Of a DNA stretch of 64,000 bases, positions 19,560-29,972 are shown piece by piece. The notes beneath the pieces were generated by a model. The model saw only the letters and a list, made by a program, of their open reading frames with translations, ran no database searches and was not told where the DNA came from. Position 1 is the first letter of the stretch, and each line of letters opens with the position of its first letter. The stretch is from Candidatus Omnitrophota bacterium. Lineage in GTDB: Bacteria; Omnitrophota; Gorgyraeia; Gygaellales; Profunditerraquicolaceae. Made by a program: the position numbers and the translations under genes. Location: the NCBI GenBank assembly GCA_030650425.1, contig JAUSED010000010.1, positions 10,104-74,103 of the forward strand, written 5' to 3'.

Positions 19560-20528
19560 CTAACCAAGACGAACAACCATCACCACATAAAAAATATAAA
19601 TACTTATAAATACAACACCAATCCATCGATCAATGACTCTTCGCTTACCTACAAATGCGCTGGAGAACAATAAAAGGCTAGCCATAATCGCGATCACGAT
19701 AGCAAAGTTATCTTGAGGACGTAAAGGTAAAGGCCTAATAACAGCGCAAATTCCTAATACCATAAAAATATTCACGATATTGGAACCAACTATATTCCCG
19801 AGAGCCAAATCTGAATGCTTTTTAAGCGCGGCTACAATTGAAGCGGTTAACTCCGGGAGTGAGCTACCCAGAGCGATCACGGTCAAGCCTATTACTGTCT
19901 CTGATATACGCATCTTCCCTGCTATAAACACTGCGGCAGCAACGACCAACTTGGCGCCTAAAAATAGCGCTAACAACCCTATTATGATCCGAATAACTGA
20001 CTTTCCCATATCCAGCTTTTTATCCCCTGCCTCTCGCGGTTCTCGGGCTGATTTACTGATACCGGTAAGATAATATAGATAAATCGCAAAAAAACTTAGC
20101 ATAACCAAACCATCTATCCTGCTAAGCCGCGGATAACTGATACCTTCAATCAGCTTATCGTTGCCTAATAACAACACTGATAATGCCGCAATAAATGTAA
20201 AGGGAATCTCCTTCCAAACTACCCCGCGTCGGATCTGTAAAGGAAAAATGACCGCAGCCACACCAAGGATAAGCAAAATATTTGTGACATTGCTACCTAT
20301 GATATCGCCAATAACTAAACCCGTATTGCCTCTGACAGCGGCCGTAATATCAATAAACATCTCCGGTAGCGATGTCCCGAAAGCTACTACGGTCAACCCG
20401 ATAAAAAAATCAGACACCCCTAAGGCCTTAGCCAAAGATGAACCGCCCTCTACTAGCCAATGAGCGCCCTTGATCAGAACGAAAAAACCAATAACGAATA
20501 AAACCCCCTGCCAAATCCAATCCGTCAT
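19560..20528 (-). CDS. Calcium/sodium antiporter (YrbG-like)
   Basis: Two alpha repeats: GTSLPE..GSN and GSSLPE..GNIVGSN. Start MTDW is likely. Confidence 0.9.
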   Translation of the reverse strand: MTDWIWQGVLFVIGFFVLIKGAHWLVEGGSSLAKALGVSDFFIGLTVVAFGTSLPEMFIDITAAVRGNTGLVIGDIIGSNVTNILLILGVAAVIFPLQIRRGVVWKEIPFTFIAALSVLLLGNDKLIEGISYPRLSRIDGLVMLSFFAIYLYYLTGISKSAREPREAGDKKLDMGKSVIRIIIGLLALFLGAKLVVAAAVFIAGKMRISETVIGLTVIALGSSLPELTASIVAALKKHSDLALGNIVGSNIVNIFMVLGICAVIRPLPLRPQDNFAIVIAIMASLLLFSSAFVGKRRVIDRWIGVVFISIYIFYVVMVVRLG

Positions 20529-20541
20529 AATTAACACCGGC

Positions 20542-20679
20542 CTATTTTCTAATTCGCCTTGGCGTTTCGGGATCTTTTTCGCCAAGGCCTTTTTTGAAGA
20601 TTCTACTAAAACAGAATACCGCTAAACTGATAATGAGACTCCATGAAATTATCATAAAAATCCAGCCGCTCAGCCTCAA
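20542..20679 (-). CDS. Small membrane protein (45 aa), not in the ORF track
   Basis: TTG start after GAGGG; MRLSGWIFMIISWSLIISLAVFCFSRIFKKGLGEKDPETPRRIRK. Confidence 0.55.
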   Translation of the reverse strand: MRLSGWIFMIISWSLIISLAVFCFSRIFKKGLGEKDPETPRRIRK

Positions 20680-20786
20680 TCAACACCCTCTTTCCAATAA
20701 AAACTGCCGCCCTGTATTCTTAGTAAGGCCCGGAAAAATAAATAGTCCTTCATAATCTAGCCTCTTTGAAAAGATTGTCTAGACCG

Positions 20787-21839
20787 TTACTTATTCCCTA
20801 CAGGCAATACAACCCTTACTGCTGTGCCTTTACTTTCTTCGCTCTCTACCCATATACGGCCACCTAGCTCTTCCACGGCCAGCTTACAGAAAGTTAGGCC
20901 TAGGCCACTGCCAAATAGAATTAACCCCGATTCTCTAGCTTTAATCTGGGCGAATCTGTCAAAGAAACTATCTATTATATTCTTGGGGATGCCCGGGCCC
21001 CTATCTATTACGCTAATTTTAATCTTTCTATCATCTTCTGAATCTACGACAACGGACACTGGCGAACCAGCTGAACTTACTTTTATGGCATTATTCAGTA
21101 AATTTATCAGAATACACCTTATCAGATGAAAATCCGTGTAAAAAATATTTTGCTGCGTATTAAAACATTTTTCTAATTTTATCTGCCTATTTTTTGCAAA
21201 TACCGACACTACCCTTAGCGCGTTATTCAACAGTTCTTCTAAATTGATTTCTCTTAATATTAACTTTATTTTCCTATTTTCCAGGCGCGATATGTCTAGT
21301 ATGGAATCAATAAGCGCGGACATCATATCGGTAGAAATTTTATATGCATCAACTATATCTTTTTGCTGGCTACTTAATGCTTGGTTTTCGTTTTCCAGTA
21401 ATTTATTAAGATTTTGAGAAATATTATCTAAGTGTATATATAAATCATTGGCAACAAATTCGGTAAGCTCTTTGCTTCTCCTGTTAAGAATACGGATATA
21501 CCATAAAGCATAAGTTATAATTAGAAAAACGGTCAGCCTGATTGCCGCGTTCCAGCCAGGGATAAAATAGTTCGGGTAAGTAACTCCCGCCAGAGAATCG
21601 GCTAGAAACCAAGTAATAATACTTGCAAATGATATTATTATTCCCGGATATAGCCCGCCAAGCCATGTTGTAATAGCGATAGGGATGATATAGAAAAGAA
21701 AGAAACCAATTTGATAGCCTGTTATATAATCAATATACCCTATAACTAACACCCCCAGCAATCCCAATATTAAAATAGCTGCTGGACGAAAGCATTTTTT
21801 GAAGTATCTCGTATAAGCCTGCAATAAAGATTCCGTCAT
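20787..21839 (-). CDS. Membrane sensor histidine kinase with an atypical H-box
   Basis: NLLNNAIK, DRGPGI, GSGLGL boxes; H-box reads FVANDL. Confidence 0.85.
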   Translation of the reverse strand: MTESLLQAYTRYFKKCFRPAAILILGLLGVLVIGYIDYITGYQIGFFLFYIIPIAITTWLGGLYPGIIISFASIITWFLADSLAGVTYPNYFIPGWNAAIRLTVFLIITYALWYIRILNRRSKELTEFVANDLYIHLDNISQNLNKLLENENQALSSQQKDIVDAYKISTDMMSALIDSILDISRLENRKIKLILREINLEELLNNALRVVSVFAKNRQIKLEKCFNTQQNIFYTDFHLIRCILINLLNNAIKVSSAGSPVSVVVDSEDDRKIKISVIDRGPGIPKNIIDSFFDRFAQIKARESGLILFGSGLGLTFCKLAVEELGGRIWVESEESKGTAVRVVLPVGNK

Positions 21840-21997
21840 TCTTTCTCTCTATTTCGTAATTATCCCGATAAAAAACCGCCACCCTGCATTTGCATGCAAA
21901 AAGAAAAATTCAACAAATCAATAAGATGATTCCGCAACAGGCCTCCGACTATTACCTTAGCCTTAACCATAGAATCCCTTCATAGCATCTGACTTAT

Positions 21998-23692
21998 TTA
22001 TAAATAAGCCTTTAAGACATATTCCTGGACCAATCTCTGGGTATTAAAAAATGAAGCGTTCAACGCTATCGTATGGCGCATAATTTCAAGCCATTTATCT
22101 TTCTCTTTGTAAAACGTAGGGATAATTACCTTTTCTAATTTCTGATACAAATCATGAGCATCTTGAGCGCTATCCGCATTCTGTTTTTGTACCGAGCCGA
22201 TTGCCCAGCCGGTTACATTTTCAATACAACCCTCTATCCACCAACCATCAAGAACGCTTAAATTCGGCACACCGTTAAGGCATGCCTTCATACCGCTCGT
22301 GCCAGAGGCCTCTCGTGGAGGAAGAGGGTTATTCAGCCAAAGGTCAACGCCGCCGGTAATTAACCTCCCCTGTGTCATATCATAATTCTCAAGATAGGCA
22401 ATTTTGATTTCTGGGTTTAGCTCTTTAATTTTTGAAAATATCTTTTTTATCAGCTCTTTACCACCGCCATCCTTAGGATGCGCCTTTCCCGCATAAACGA
22501 TTTGCATCTTGCCTGTTTTATCATTAATCTCGACTAACCGATTTATATCAGTTAATAAAAGGTTTGCTCTTTTATAAGCTGTGACGCGCCGGGCAAAACC
22601 GATAGTAAAGGTATCGTGTTCCAACCCAATGCCTGTACGGGCATTTACATAATCAATGAGTTCTTTTTTTGCCTCAAAGTGCGCCTGAAATATTTCCTCT
22701 TTAGGAATACTCAAGGCGTAACGCAAGGAAAAATAATCTGATTGCCAGCCGGGGATATATTTATCGTAAAGCTTTTTGAATGCGGGGGCTGCCCAAGTCA
22801 ATAAATGAATCCCGTTGGTAATAGAATCTATGGAATAACCGGGGAACATCTCTCGTGTCACTTCGCCATGCTTCTTGGCTACTCCGTTTATATATTTACT
22901 TAGATTCAAAGCAATCCACGTCATATTTATTTCATTATCCCGGATAAATATATCAGGCATTTCAAAAGACAAGTTGCTGCGCAGGGCTCTTTTTACAAGA
23001 TCAAGAGGAAACCGGTCATGTCCGGCGGCTACGGGCGTATGGGTAGTAAATATGCATTTATTTCTTACTGAATCAAGGTCATATTTCTTATAAATATCCT
23101 CCTCACTATCTTTTTTTGTCCTCTCTAATAATTCCAACGCTAAGAGACTGGCATGGCCTTCGTTCATATGGTATTTTTCAATGTTTTGATAACCAATAGC
23201 TTCGATTGCCCTCACGCCGCCTATGCCAAGGATTATTTCCTGACAAAGGCGGTACCACTGGTCACCTCCGTAAAGGAAACTAGTGAGGGTACGGTCGTAT
23301 TCGGAGTTTTCCTGTAAATTAGTATCCAGAAAATAAACAGGCACGGTGGCCCCTGTAATCCCCTGCACTATATATTTCCAAATTTTTATTCTTACCTCTC
23401 TTCCTTCAATATTTACGCTTACTTGTACCGGCAAAAGCTTCACAAATTCCTCTTTTGGCCAATCCACGGGAAATTCTGATTGACTGCCTTCTGCGTCAAA
23501 TTTTTGCCTAAAATAGCCTTTTTCATTAAGCAATGTTACTGCGATAATCGGCACACCTAAATCCGCGCATGATTTTATAGTATCTCCTGCCAGGACCCCT
23601 AATCCGCCGCTATAGGTGGGCATTTCAGGGTCAAGGCCTATCTCCATAGTAAAATAAGCGATCCCTCTTTTCCCTAGAGCCTGTTTGTTCAT
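21998..23692 (-). CDS. glgP: Alpha-glucan phosphorylase
   Basis: YSGGLGVLAGD, HMNEGH, EASGTSGMKA. Confidence 0.93.
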   Translation of the reverse strand: MNKQALGKRGIAYFTMEIGLDPEMPTYSGGLGVLAGDTIKSCADLGVPIIAVTLLNEKGYFRQKFDAEGSQSEFPVDWPKEEFVKLLPVQVSVNIEGREVRIKIWKYIVQGITGATVPVYFLDTNLQENSEYDRTLTSFLYGGDQWYRLCQEIILGIGGVRAIEAIGYQNIEKYHMNEGHASLLALELLERTKKDSEEDIYKKYDLDSVRNKCIFTTHTPVAAGHDRFPLDLVKRALRSNLSFEMPDIFIRDNEINMTWIALNLSKYINGVAKKHGEVTREMFPGYSIDSITNGIHLLTWAAPAFKKLYDKYIPGWQSDYFSLRYALSIPKEEIFQAHFEAKKELIDYVNARTGIGLEHDTFTIGFARRVTAYKRANLLLTDINRLVEINDKTGKMQIVYAGKAHPKDGGGKELIKKIFSKIKELNPEIKIAYLENYDMTQGRLITGGVDLWLNNPLPPREASGTSGMKACLNGVPNLSVLDGWWIEGCIENVTGWAIGSVQKQNADSAQDAHDLYQKLEKVIIPTFYKEKDKWLEIMRHTIALNASFFNTQRLVQEYVLKAYL

Positions 23693-23707
23693 AGTGGTTT
23701 TCCCGTA

Positions 23708-24379
23708 TTATTGCGCCTTCACCTTGCTTATTTTTGAAGGTAATATGACAATTTCAACCCTGCGGTTTTTCTGCATATTCTCCTTTGTGTCATTGGCTGC
23801 AACCGACCGGAATTCCCCATAGCCGTTAGCAGAAAGCCTGGTTGGCCTTACTTCACACTCATTAATTAAATAATGCAAGACCGCAAGCGCCCGCGCCGAT
23901 GAAAGCTCCCAGTTCGTTTTCCAGCCTGAATATTTTATCGGCTGATTATCAGTGTGGCCCTCAATGGCGACATTTGAATTGGGTACATCCCGGTTTAAAA
24001 CTTCAGCAACTCTTCGAATTGAATCTTTTCCGTCTTCCCGGACCATATCTTTACCGGAATCAAAAAATACTTCGGACAGAAAAGTAATCACAAGCCCGCG
24101 CTCGGTCATCTCCAGCTTGGCTTTATAGTCTCCAATCTCCTTCTTCAAGGCATCCTCTAGCTCAAGTTTTGCTTTTTCAAGCTCAGAAAGCTCTCTTTCC
24201 TTCTGTTTGACAACATTATCAACTTCTTTTGTTTTCTCTTTCTGAAGCTGCGTAATGCGCGCCCGTAAATTCTGGTTCTCAACCTCCAAATCATCAGTCC
24301 TTTTGGCTTTTTGAATATAAGTGCACCCTGACGTGGTAAATATTACTAAAAGCATAAAAGCCGTAAATTTAATCCTCAT
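23708..24379 (-). CDS. OmpA/MotB-domain lipoprotein with coiled coil
   Basis: EGHTDNQPI..NWELSSARA..NRRVEI. Confidence 0.88.
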   Translation of the reverse strand: MRIKFTAFMLLVIFTTSGCTYIQKAKRTDDLEVENQNLRARITQLQKEKTKEVDNVVKQKERELSELEKAKLELEDALKKEIGDYKAKLEMTERGLVITFLSEVFFDSGKDMVREDGKDSIRRVAEVLNRDVPNSNVAIEGHTDNQPIKYSGWKTNWELSSARALAVLHYLINECEVRPTRLSANGYGEFRSVAANDTKENMQKNRRVEIVILPSKISKVKAQ

Positions 24380-24489
24380 GGATAATCCTCCTTTTATTTT
24401 ATCTTTTCAAAATACTTATAAACATGCAACGATACTTTCGCGATAAATTCCTTGGAAGGCACGCTGTTTGAATTCGCACTTTCATTTTT

Positions 24490-24900
24490 TTATCGAGGTA
24501 AGTATTCGTTTAATTCCGCCGACGTCCGTTTGCCGACTATCCCATCTGCTTTAAGGCCGTTTGCTTTCTGAAATTTTCTAATCGCTTCTTTTGTCTTAGG
24601 CCCGATCTTACCGTCAATAGGCCCTTGATAGAAACCAGCGCTCTTTAAAGCCCGTTGAATCTGCTTCAGGCTTAATTCTACTCTTGATCCAGTATAAGTT
24701 TTCTTAGCCGATTTTTCATAGCTACCGGCCGACCATGTATCATTAGCACCATAACCCTCAGAATACGATTCCTGCTGATATACTTTCTGAGATTTCTCAG
24801 TTACCTTCGGCTGCGATTGCGCTGCTTGCTTCTTAGAACCTGTGGCACACCCAGCCAAGGTAAAAGCGAAAAAAACAAACAAAATTATTCTTGTACACAT
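24490..24900 (-). CDS. Peptidoglycan-binding-domain lipoprotein
   Basis: LAGC lipobox; IQRAL..GPIDGKIGPKT..FQ..GLKADGIVG. Confidence 0.88.
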   Translation of the reverse strand: MCTRIILFVFFAFTLAGCATGSKKQAAQSQPKVTEKSQKVYQQESYSEGYGANDTWSAGSYEKSAKKTYTGSRVELSLKQIQRALKSAGFYQGPIDGKIGPKTKEAIRKFQKANGLKADGIVGKRTSAELNEYLPR

Positions 24901-25030
24901 AGTTTCTCCTCCTGTTTAATATATGAATTAATCCTTTTCTGCCAACCCGGAAGCCATTTTTGCTCATTACGGACTGAAGGAAAACTTTGCGCGTAATCTT
25001 TAAGTATAGCATTTACTGACCGGTATTAAC

Positions 25031-25351
25031 TTAGAATGTAATCTTTTCATTCTTTAAAATAGGAGTTACCGGTTTGGCGTCTATACGCAGACCGCCGTCA
25101 TGCTCGATCTTTATAGTATAGCTCATACCGGGGATGAATTTTGTGCCGGGCGCTTCAATCTGGACGTTCTTAATGTCTGCCTTGCTTGCTTTCTTAGGAT
25201 TAAACGCGTATTCCCAAAAATTCTTCCAAAGCTTTTTCTCAAAAGCGTTCTTAACAGCCGCTACTTTATAACCAAAGGGTATTTCATTTATTCTAGTAAT
25301 CTCGAAAGATTCAACGCCCTTATTAGTCAGCATAAATGCCTTCATAAACAA
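25031..25351 (-). CDS. Hypothetical protein, possibly 5'-truncated
   Basis: ORF only. Confidence 0.45.
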   Translation of the reverse strand: MFMKAFMLTNKGVESFEITRINEIPFGYKVAAVKNAFEKKLWKNFWEYAFNPKKASKADIKNVQIEAPGTKFIPGMSYTIKIEHDGGLRIDAKPVTPILKNEKITF

Positions 25352-25430
25352 GAATAACTGTTACCGCAATGGCTATATATAATTTGAATATTTTAAATTT
25401 CATGGTTTTTTGGTTTCCGCTATAATAATT

Positions 25431-26483
25431 TCAATCTTTACTTATATACAGCTTCTGCGTAGGATAGGCAAACTCTATGCCCCGTTTTTCAAACTCTTCC
25501 TTAATCGCGAAATTAATCTCCTGCTGGACATCCATATATTTGTTGTAATCGGGAGTTAAAACAAAATACACGACCTCAAAGATGAGGCTAAAATCCCCAT
25601 AACTAAAAAAGTGTGCGCGGTCAAAAGCCGTGTCTTTGGTATTCTTAACGACACGCTCGATGATCTTGGGAATTTCCTTTAATTGGCTAAGAGAAGTCTG
25701 ATAAGTAACGCCTATACGAAATAAAATACGCCTTTTCTCCATAAGCCTATAATTACGAACCCGGGAGTCTGTAAGGTCGGTGTTAGAGAATATTACCTGT
25801 TCGCCGCCCAAGCTGCGTATGCGCGTGGTTTTTATCCCTATATACTCAACGGTACCCATGAAATCACCGATGATTATAAAATCCCCTATTTTGAAGGGAT
25901 GGTCAAAGACTATAGAAAAATAGCTGAAGAAATCTTTCAGGAGCGCCTGCGCGGCTATTGCTACTGCAATACCGCCGATTCCTAATCCGGCAATTAACGT
26001 AGAGACTTTATAACCAAGGTTATCTAATAGAATTATAACCGCCAAGGCCCAAATCAAAAATTTAACGGCCCATAACATACCATCAAGGCTGCGCACCACC
26101 GTGGGATCCTGCTGCTTTTTGGTAAGATATGTATTAATCCCCCAACCGGCAAGCATAACCACTATGCGCGCGGCAAAAAAAGTGATAATAATCATCTCAA
26201 AAGTGTTGATCAAAGCGCCGGCTGCGGAAGGTAATTTTAATGTTTTGGCGCTCACATAAAAACAACTGATGTATAATGCCGGCAGGCCGATCTTTGACAG
26301 AATTGATACTAAAAAATTATCGAATCTTGTAGTAGTTCTTTCCGCTATTTTTTTAAGACGCCTTATAAAGAAGAGGATAACCACTTTAACAAACAACAGG
26401 GTTAAGAATAACGTTACTAAAGCGATAATATAATCCAAAATACGGTTGCCAAAAAATACCTGCTCTAAAATTTTTAGATCCAT
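25431..26483 (-). CDS. mscS: Small-conductance mechanosensitive channel
   Basis: AGLGIGGIAVAIAAQ, PFKIGDFI, GIEFAYPT. Confidence 0.92.
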   Translation of the reverse strand: MDLKILEQVFFGNRILDYIIALVTLFLTLLFVKVVILFFIRRLKKIAERTTTRFDNFLVSILSKIGLPALYISCFYVSAKTLKLPSAAGALINTFEMIIITFFAARIVVMLAGWGINTYLTKKQQDPTVVRSLDGMLWAVKFLIWALAVIILLDNLGYKVSTLIAGLGIGGIAVAIAAQALLKDFFSYFSIVFDHPFKIGDFIIIGDFMGTVEYIGIKTTRIRSLGGEQVIFSNTDLTDSRVRNYRLMEKRRILFRIGVTYQTSLSQLKEIPKIIERVVKNTKDTAFDRAHFFSYGDFSLIFEVVYFVLTPDYNKYMDVQQEINFAIKEEFEKRGIEFAYPTQKLYISKD

Positions 26484-26496
26484 TTTAACTCCTCAT

Positions 26497-26582
26497 AAAA
26501 AAGCCATCCCGCATTCTAATGCAAGATGGCGGCCCGACCATCGATAATCCTCCAGAGATATTTAAATATCTCTGAACCACTT
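26497..26582 (-). promoter_or_regulatory. Candidate monovalent-cation riboswitch (nhaA-I-like) with overlapping terminator, 5' of mscS
   Basis: GGUUCAGAGAUAUUUAAAUAUCUCUGGAGG..GAUGGUCGGGCCGCCAUC, then a hairpin and U-tract; second copy at 29894-29972. Confidence 0.65.
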
Positions 26583-26653
26583 ATTTATCCGTTGTTCTAT
26601 TTTAAAATACTATAGCACATGTAACATCAAATACAATAATTTTATATCCCCGG

Positions 26654-27781
26654 CTAAATTTTACTCTCGACTGAAAAACTGCTAAGAAGTTTACAAAGAT
26701 TATCTTTAAATATGTTATTTTTAATAAATTTATTAGCAATCGCGCTTGCCCTCATTGAGAGCTTCTTTCTTAAAGCATGATTTCTTATCAAAACTCCGTA
26801 TTTTTCGGAAAAATCTCCGACATTTGCATCGAAAAATAATGCGGCGTCCTTAAACTTCTCCAAAACCGGAAGCTGGTTTAAAAGCAAGGCGTTATTACAG
26901 AGCGCGCTTTCATGGGTACTCAAAGAAAACGACTCGCTTAAAGAGCTGTTAATATAAATATCACTTAAATAGTAATACTGGAATAACTCTTTTTTATCCA
27001 AAAATTTTTTATAAAAGAACTGCTCGGGGTATAGCCTGCACAGGCTTAATAATTTTTTATACAGATCTTTCTCCAGCGACCTCCCCACAAAAAAGATTTT
27101 AAGATGGCGATGCTCCCTGAGGATCTTTGGCGCCTCTTTAAGCAAGATGTGGGCTCCTTTTATCCTCTCAAGCCTGCCTACATAAAGCGAAACTATATCA
27201 TTATTCTTAATCTTATGCTTATTCCTTATCTCTTCTATCTTATTTTTTTCTGCGCTAAAGGCTTCAATAGTATTCTCAATAACGACCACTTTATCTATAA
27301 AAGAGGGGAAATACCTGATAAAATTATCGTATTCATAGGTAGAAGGACAAACAATCCTATCTGCCAATTCAATCATCTTTTCCTGATTGCATAAAAAGTG
27401 ATTTAGCGTTCTGAATCCGGAATCTTTCTCCCTTCTTAATATGCTGTGAAAGTGGTATATGATTTTAGGTTTTCTCCTCTTTTGTATTGCAATCTTTTTA
27501 AGCTCTTTAGTCCAATTCACAAAATGATGGATTATATAGCCAAAATTACACCAGTCATAATCCCTTAGGAATGCTCCCAGGCTAGGGTAGCGCTTTATGG
27601 AATCATCCGGAAGCAACAACTTAACCGGATCTTTCCTGGCAAACCCGGAGCTTATAAGGACGTAAGTCTCATAACCTATAGCTAAAAGGGCATCCCTGCT
27701 TTGCTCTACGATCTGACCCACGCCGCCGCAGTATGACTTTCCGGTGGGATATTCAAATGAAATAAGAAGTACTTTCTTCAC
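26654..27781 (-). CDS. Glycosyltransferase family 4
   Basis: SFEYP..GG, VGRLERIKG, ESFSLSTHE. Confidence 0.88.
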   Translation of the reverse strand: MKKVLLISFEYPTGKSYCGGVGQIVEQSRDALLAIGYETYVLISSGFARKDPVKLLLPDDSIKRYPSLGAFLRDYDWCNFGYIIHHFVNWTKELKKIAIQKRRKPKIIYHFHSILRREKDSGFRTLNHFLCNQEKMIELADRIVCPSTYEYDNFIRYFPSFIDKVVVIENTIEAFSAEKNKIEEIRNKHKIKNNDIVSLYVGRLERIKGAHILLKEAPKILREHRHLKIFFVGRSLEKDLYKKLLSLCRLYPEQFFYKKFLDKKELFQYYYLSDIYINSSLSESFSLSTHESALCNNALLLNQLPVLEKFKDAALFFDANVGDFSEKYGVLIRNHALRKKLSMRASAIANKFIKNNIFKDNLCKLLSSFSVESKI

Positions 27782-27909
27782 GATAAAACCTCCTAAAGAA
27801 TAAAAAGCGCTGACAAAAAAATTTATTTTTCCCTGGAATAAAAGGAGAGATAAACAACGAAGATTGCAGAAAAAAATGCCTTTACAATGCCATTACGCAG
27901 GGTTTCCCT

Positions 27910-28869
27910 TTATTTATCCAGCGACTTCAGATATTTATAATAATCGCTGTCGGTAGTCAGGATTACCGTTGAATTTGCGTCAATAGTGCCCCTATACGTT
28001 TCCAGCGTCTTAAGAAAAGAATAAAATTCGGGATTCTGCTCATAAGAGGTAGCGTAAATATTAATTGCTTCGGCGTCGGCTTTACCGACAATAGACTGCG
28101 CTTGCTTGTAAGCCTCTGAAGTTATTAACTTAAGTTCTTTACCGATCTGGCCCTCTATTTCGGCCGCTTTCCCAAACCCCTCCGAGCGGTATTTTTCAGC
28201 GGCGCGTTTTCTCTCCGCAATCATCCTGTCGTAAACTTTATTTCGGACCTCTTCCACATAATTTATGCGTTTGATACGCACATCCAGAATCTCAATCCCG
28301 TATTGGGGAGCAAGCACTTTTGCCTTTTCCAGTATAGAGCGAGTCAACTTCTGCCTTCCCATTTCTATACGTTCAAGCGCCTCTTCGCTGACTATGGCAT
28401 CTTCCCCTAAATCCTTACTCTCAAGTATGCGGTTAGAATCCCTTACCGCCTCAACCAGAAGATTACCGGTAACAGCATCCCTGGTAGCTGAATTAATAAT
28501 ATCGTTTAGCCTGCTGCTTGCGCTTGTTTCATTACCCACAGACTGTAGGAATTTCAAGGCATCCACTATTTTCCAGCGCGCCGTGGTATCTACCCAGATA
28601 TATTTCTTGTCTTTTGTGGGTATTTGGTTCGGATCGCCGTCCCATTCCAAGAGCCTCTTCTCAAAATAATGCGCCTCTTGTATCAAGGGAATTTTAAAAT
28701 GCAAGCCAGCGGAAGTTATGGGTTCTCCGACTGGTTTACCGAACTGGGTAATCACTACTTGTTTTGTTTCATCAACTATAAATAACGCCCCGCTGGCAAA
28801 GGCAAGCAAAACAATTACAGCCGGGAAAATAATTAACCCCAAAATAGTCCCTAATCTGCCCTCTTTCAT
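27910..28869 (-). CDS. hflC: FtsH modulator HflC
   Basis: SPFH domain, DVRIKRIN, RMIAER; follows hflK. Confidence 0.93.
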   Translation of the reverse strand: MKEGRLGTILGLIIFPAVIVLLAFASGALFIVDETKQVVITQFGKPVGEPITSAGLHFKIPLIQEAHYFEKRLLEWDGDPNQIPTKDKKYIWVDTTARWKIVDALKFLQSVGNETSASSRLNDIINSATRDAVTGNLLVEAVRDSNRILESKDLGEDAIVSEEALERIEMGRQKLTRSILEKAKVLAPQYGIEILDVRIKRINYVEEVRNKVYDRMIAERKRAAEKYRSEGFGKAAEIEGQIGKELKLITSEAYKQAQSIVGKADAEAINIYATSYEQNPEFYSFLKTLETYRGTIDANSTVILTTDSDYYKYLKSLDK

Positions 28870-29861
28870 TGCTGCGGCCCTCCTTTCTTGCCTATATCCA
28901 ATAACGGCAATATGGAAGATTGCCTTGGGTCAATAATATATTTTTCTTTCACCTTGGGCAAGACCTCGGCAAGGGCTTCAAGATAGAGCCTCTTACGGGT
29001 AATCTCCGGGGCTTTCTTATATTCTCCCAGGGTCACTAAAAACCTTTCCGACTCGCCCTTGGCCCTGTTTATCTTATCCAGGGAATATCCCTCTGCTTCG
29101 CGGATAGTCCGCTCCGCTTCTCCTTTGGCCTTTGGTATGGCCTTATTATATGCCTCCCAGGCCTGATTGATCATCTTCTCTTTTTCCTGTTTTGCCTCAT
29201 TAACTTCGTTAAAAGCCGGCTTTACCTTATCCGGAGGATTTACATCCAGCAGTTTCACCGTAATGACCTGCACGCCGGTCTGATAATCATCTAGAATCCT
29301 CTGCATTTCAACTTGAGCTAAGTGGTCTACTTCTTCCCTTTTAATAGTCAACACCTCATCCACGGTGTAATCTCCCACCAGCCGGCGCATGACTATTTCA
29401 GAGACATCCCTTATAACATTAACCGGGTTACGCACGACAAAAAGGAGCTTAATGGGGTCTTTTATTTTAAATTGCACAATCCAGCGAACGTCGAGTATGT
29501 TTAAATCTCCGGTAAGCATTAACGACTGTTCTAAATTCGAGCCGTAAGAACGCGTACTCACTAAACCCGAGCTCCCTCCCCCAAACTCTTCCTTGAATAT
29601 TTTTTCTACTTTTATCGGCGTTACCTTATCAATGCCAAAGGGAATCTTAACGTGCAAGCCGGGTGAACTTAATTCTGTATATTTACCGAACCTCTGCATG
29701 ACCCCTACTTCATCCGGGCCTATTGAATAGATTACCCCTCTTAGACCTATAATAATAAGCAGGCCAAATATTATCCAGGGGATATACTTGCCATAATCGG
29801 ATAATTTCTTTTTGCCTACATCGATTATATCGTCCGGGCTAGGAACATTTTGCCAGTCCAT
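28866..29861 (-). CDS. hflK: FtsH modulator HflK
   Basis: MLTGDLN, VKPAFNEV, PEITRKRLYLE. Confidence 0.93.
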   Translation of the reverse strand: MDWQNVPSPDDIIDVGKKKLSDYGKYIPWIIFGLLIIIGLRGVIYSIGPDEVGVMQRFGKYTELSSPGLHVKIPFGIDKVTPIKVEKIFKEEFGGGSSGLVSTRSYGSNLEQSLMLTGDLNILDVRWIVQFKIKDPIKLLFVVRNPVNVIRDVSEIVMRRLVGDYTVDEVLTIKREEVDHLAQVEMQRILDDYQTGVQVITVKLLDVNPPDKVKPAFNEVNEAKQEKEKMINQAWEAYNKAIPKAKGEAERTIREAEGYSLDKINRAKGESERFLVTLGEYKKAPEITRKRLYLEALAEVLPKVKEKYIIDPRQSSILPLLDIGKKGGPQQ

Positions 29862-29893
29862 AATAAACTCCTTTCTTTAACTTAAAGCCTCTA

Positions 29894-29972
29894 AAAAAAC
29901 AAAACCACCAACTGCAATTTCGCAGATGGCGGCCCGACCATCTAAACCTTCAGGAAATCTTCCTGAACCCGT
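29894..29972 (-). promoter_or_regulatory. Candidate monovalent-cation riboswitch, copy 2, 5' of hflK
   Basis: GGGUUCAGGAAGAUUUCCUGAAGGUUUAGAUGGUCGGGCCGCCAUCU followed by a terminator hairpin and U-tract. Confidence 0.65.

Noticed and set aside
20693-21890. Shared ~24-nt motif ataaaaa(a)cYgccRccctgYatt on both sides of the kinase gene
   Set aside because: Only two short copies with no structure; cannot be distinguished from chance or a remnant.
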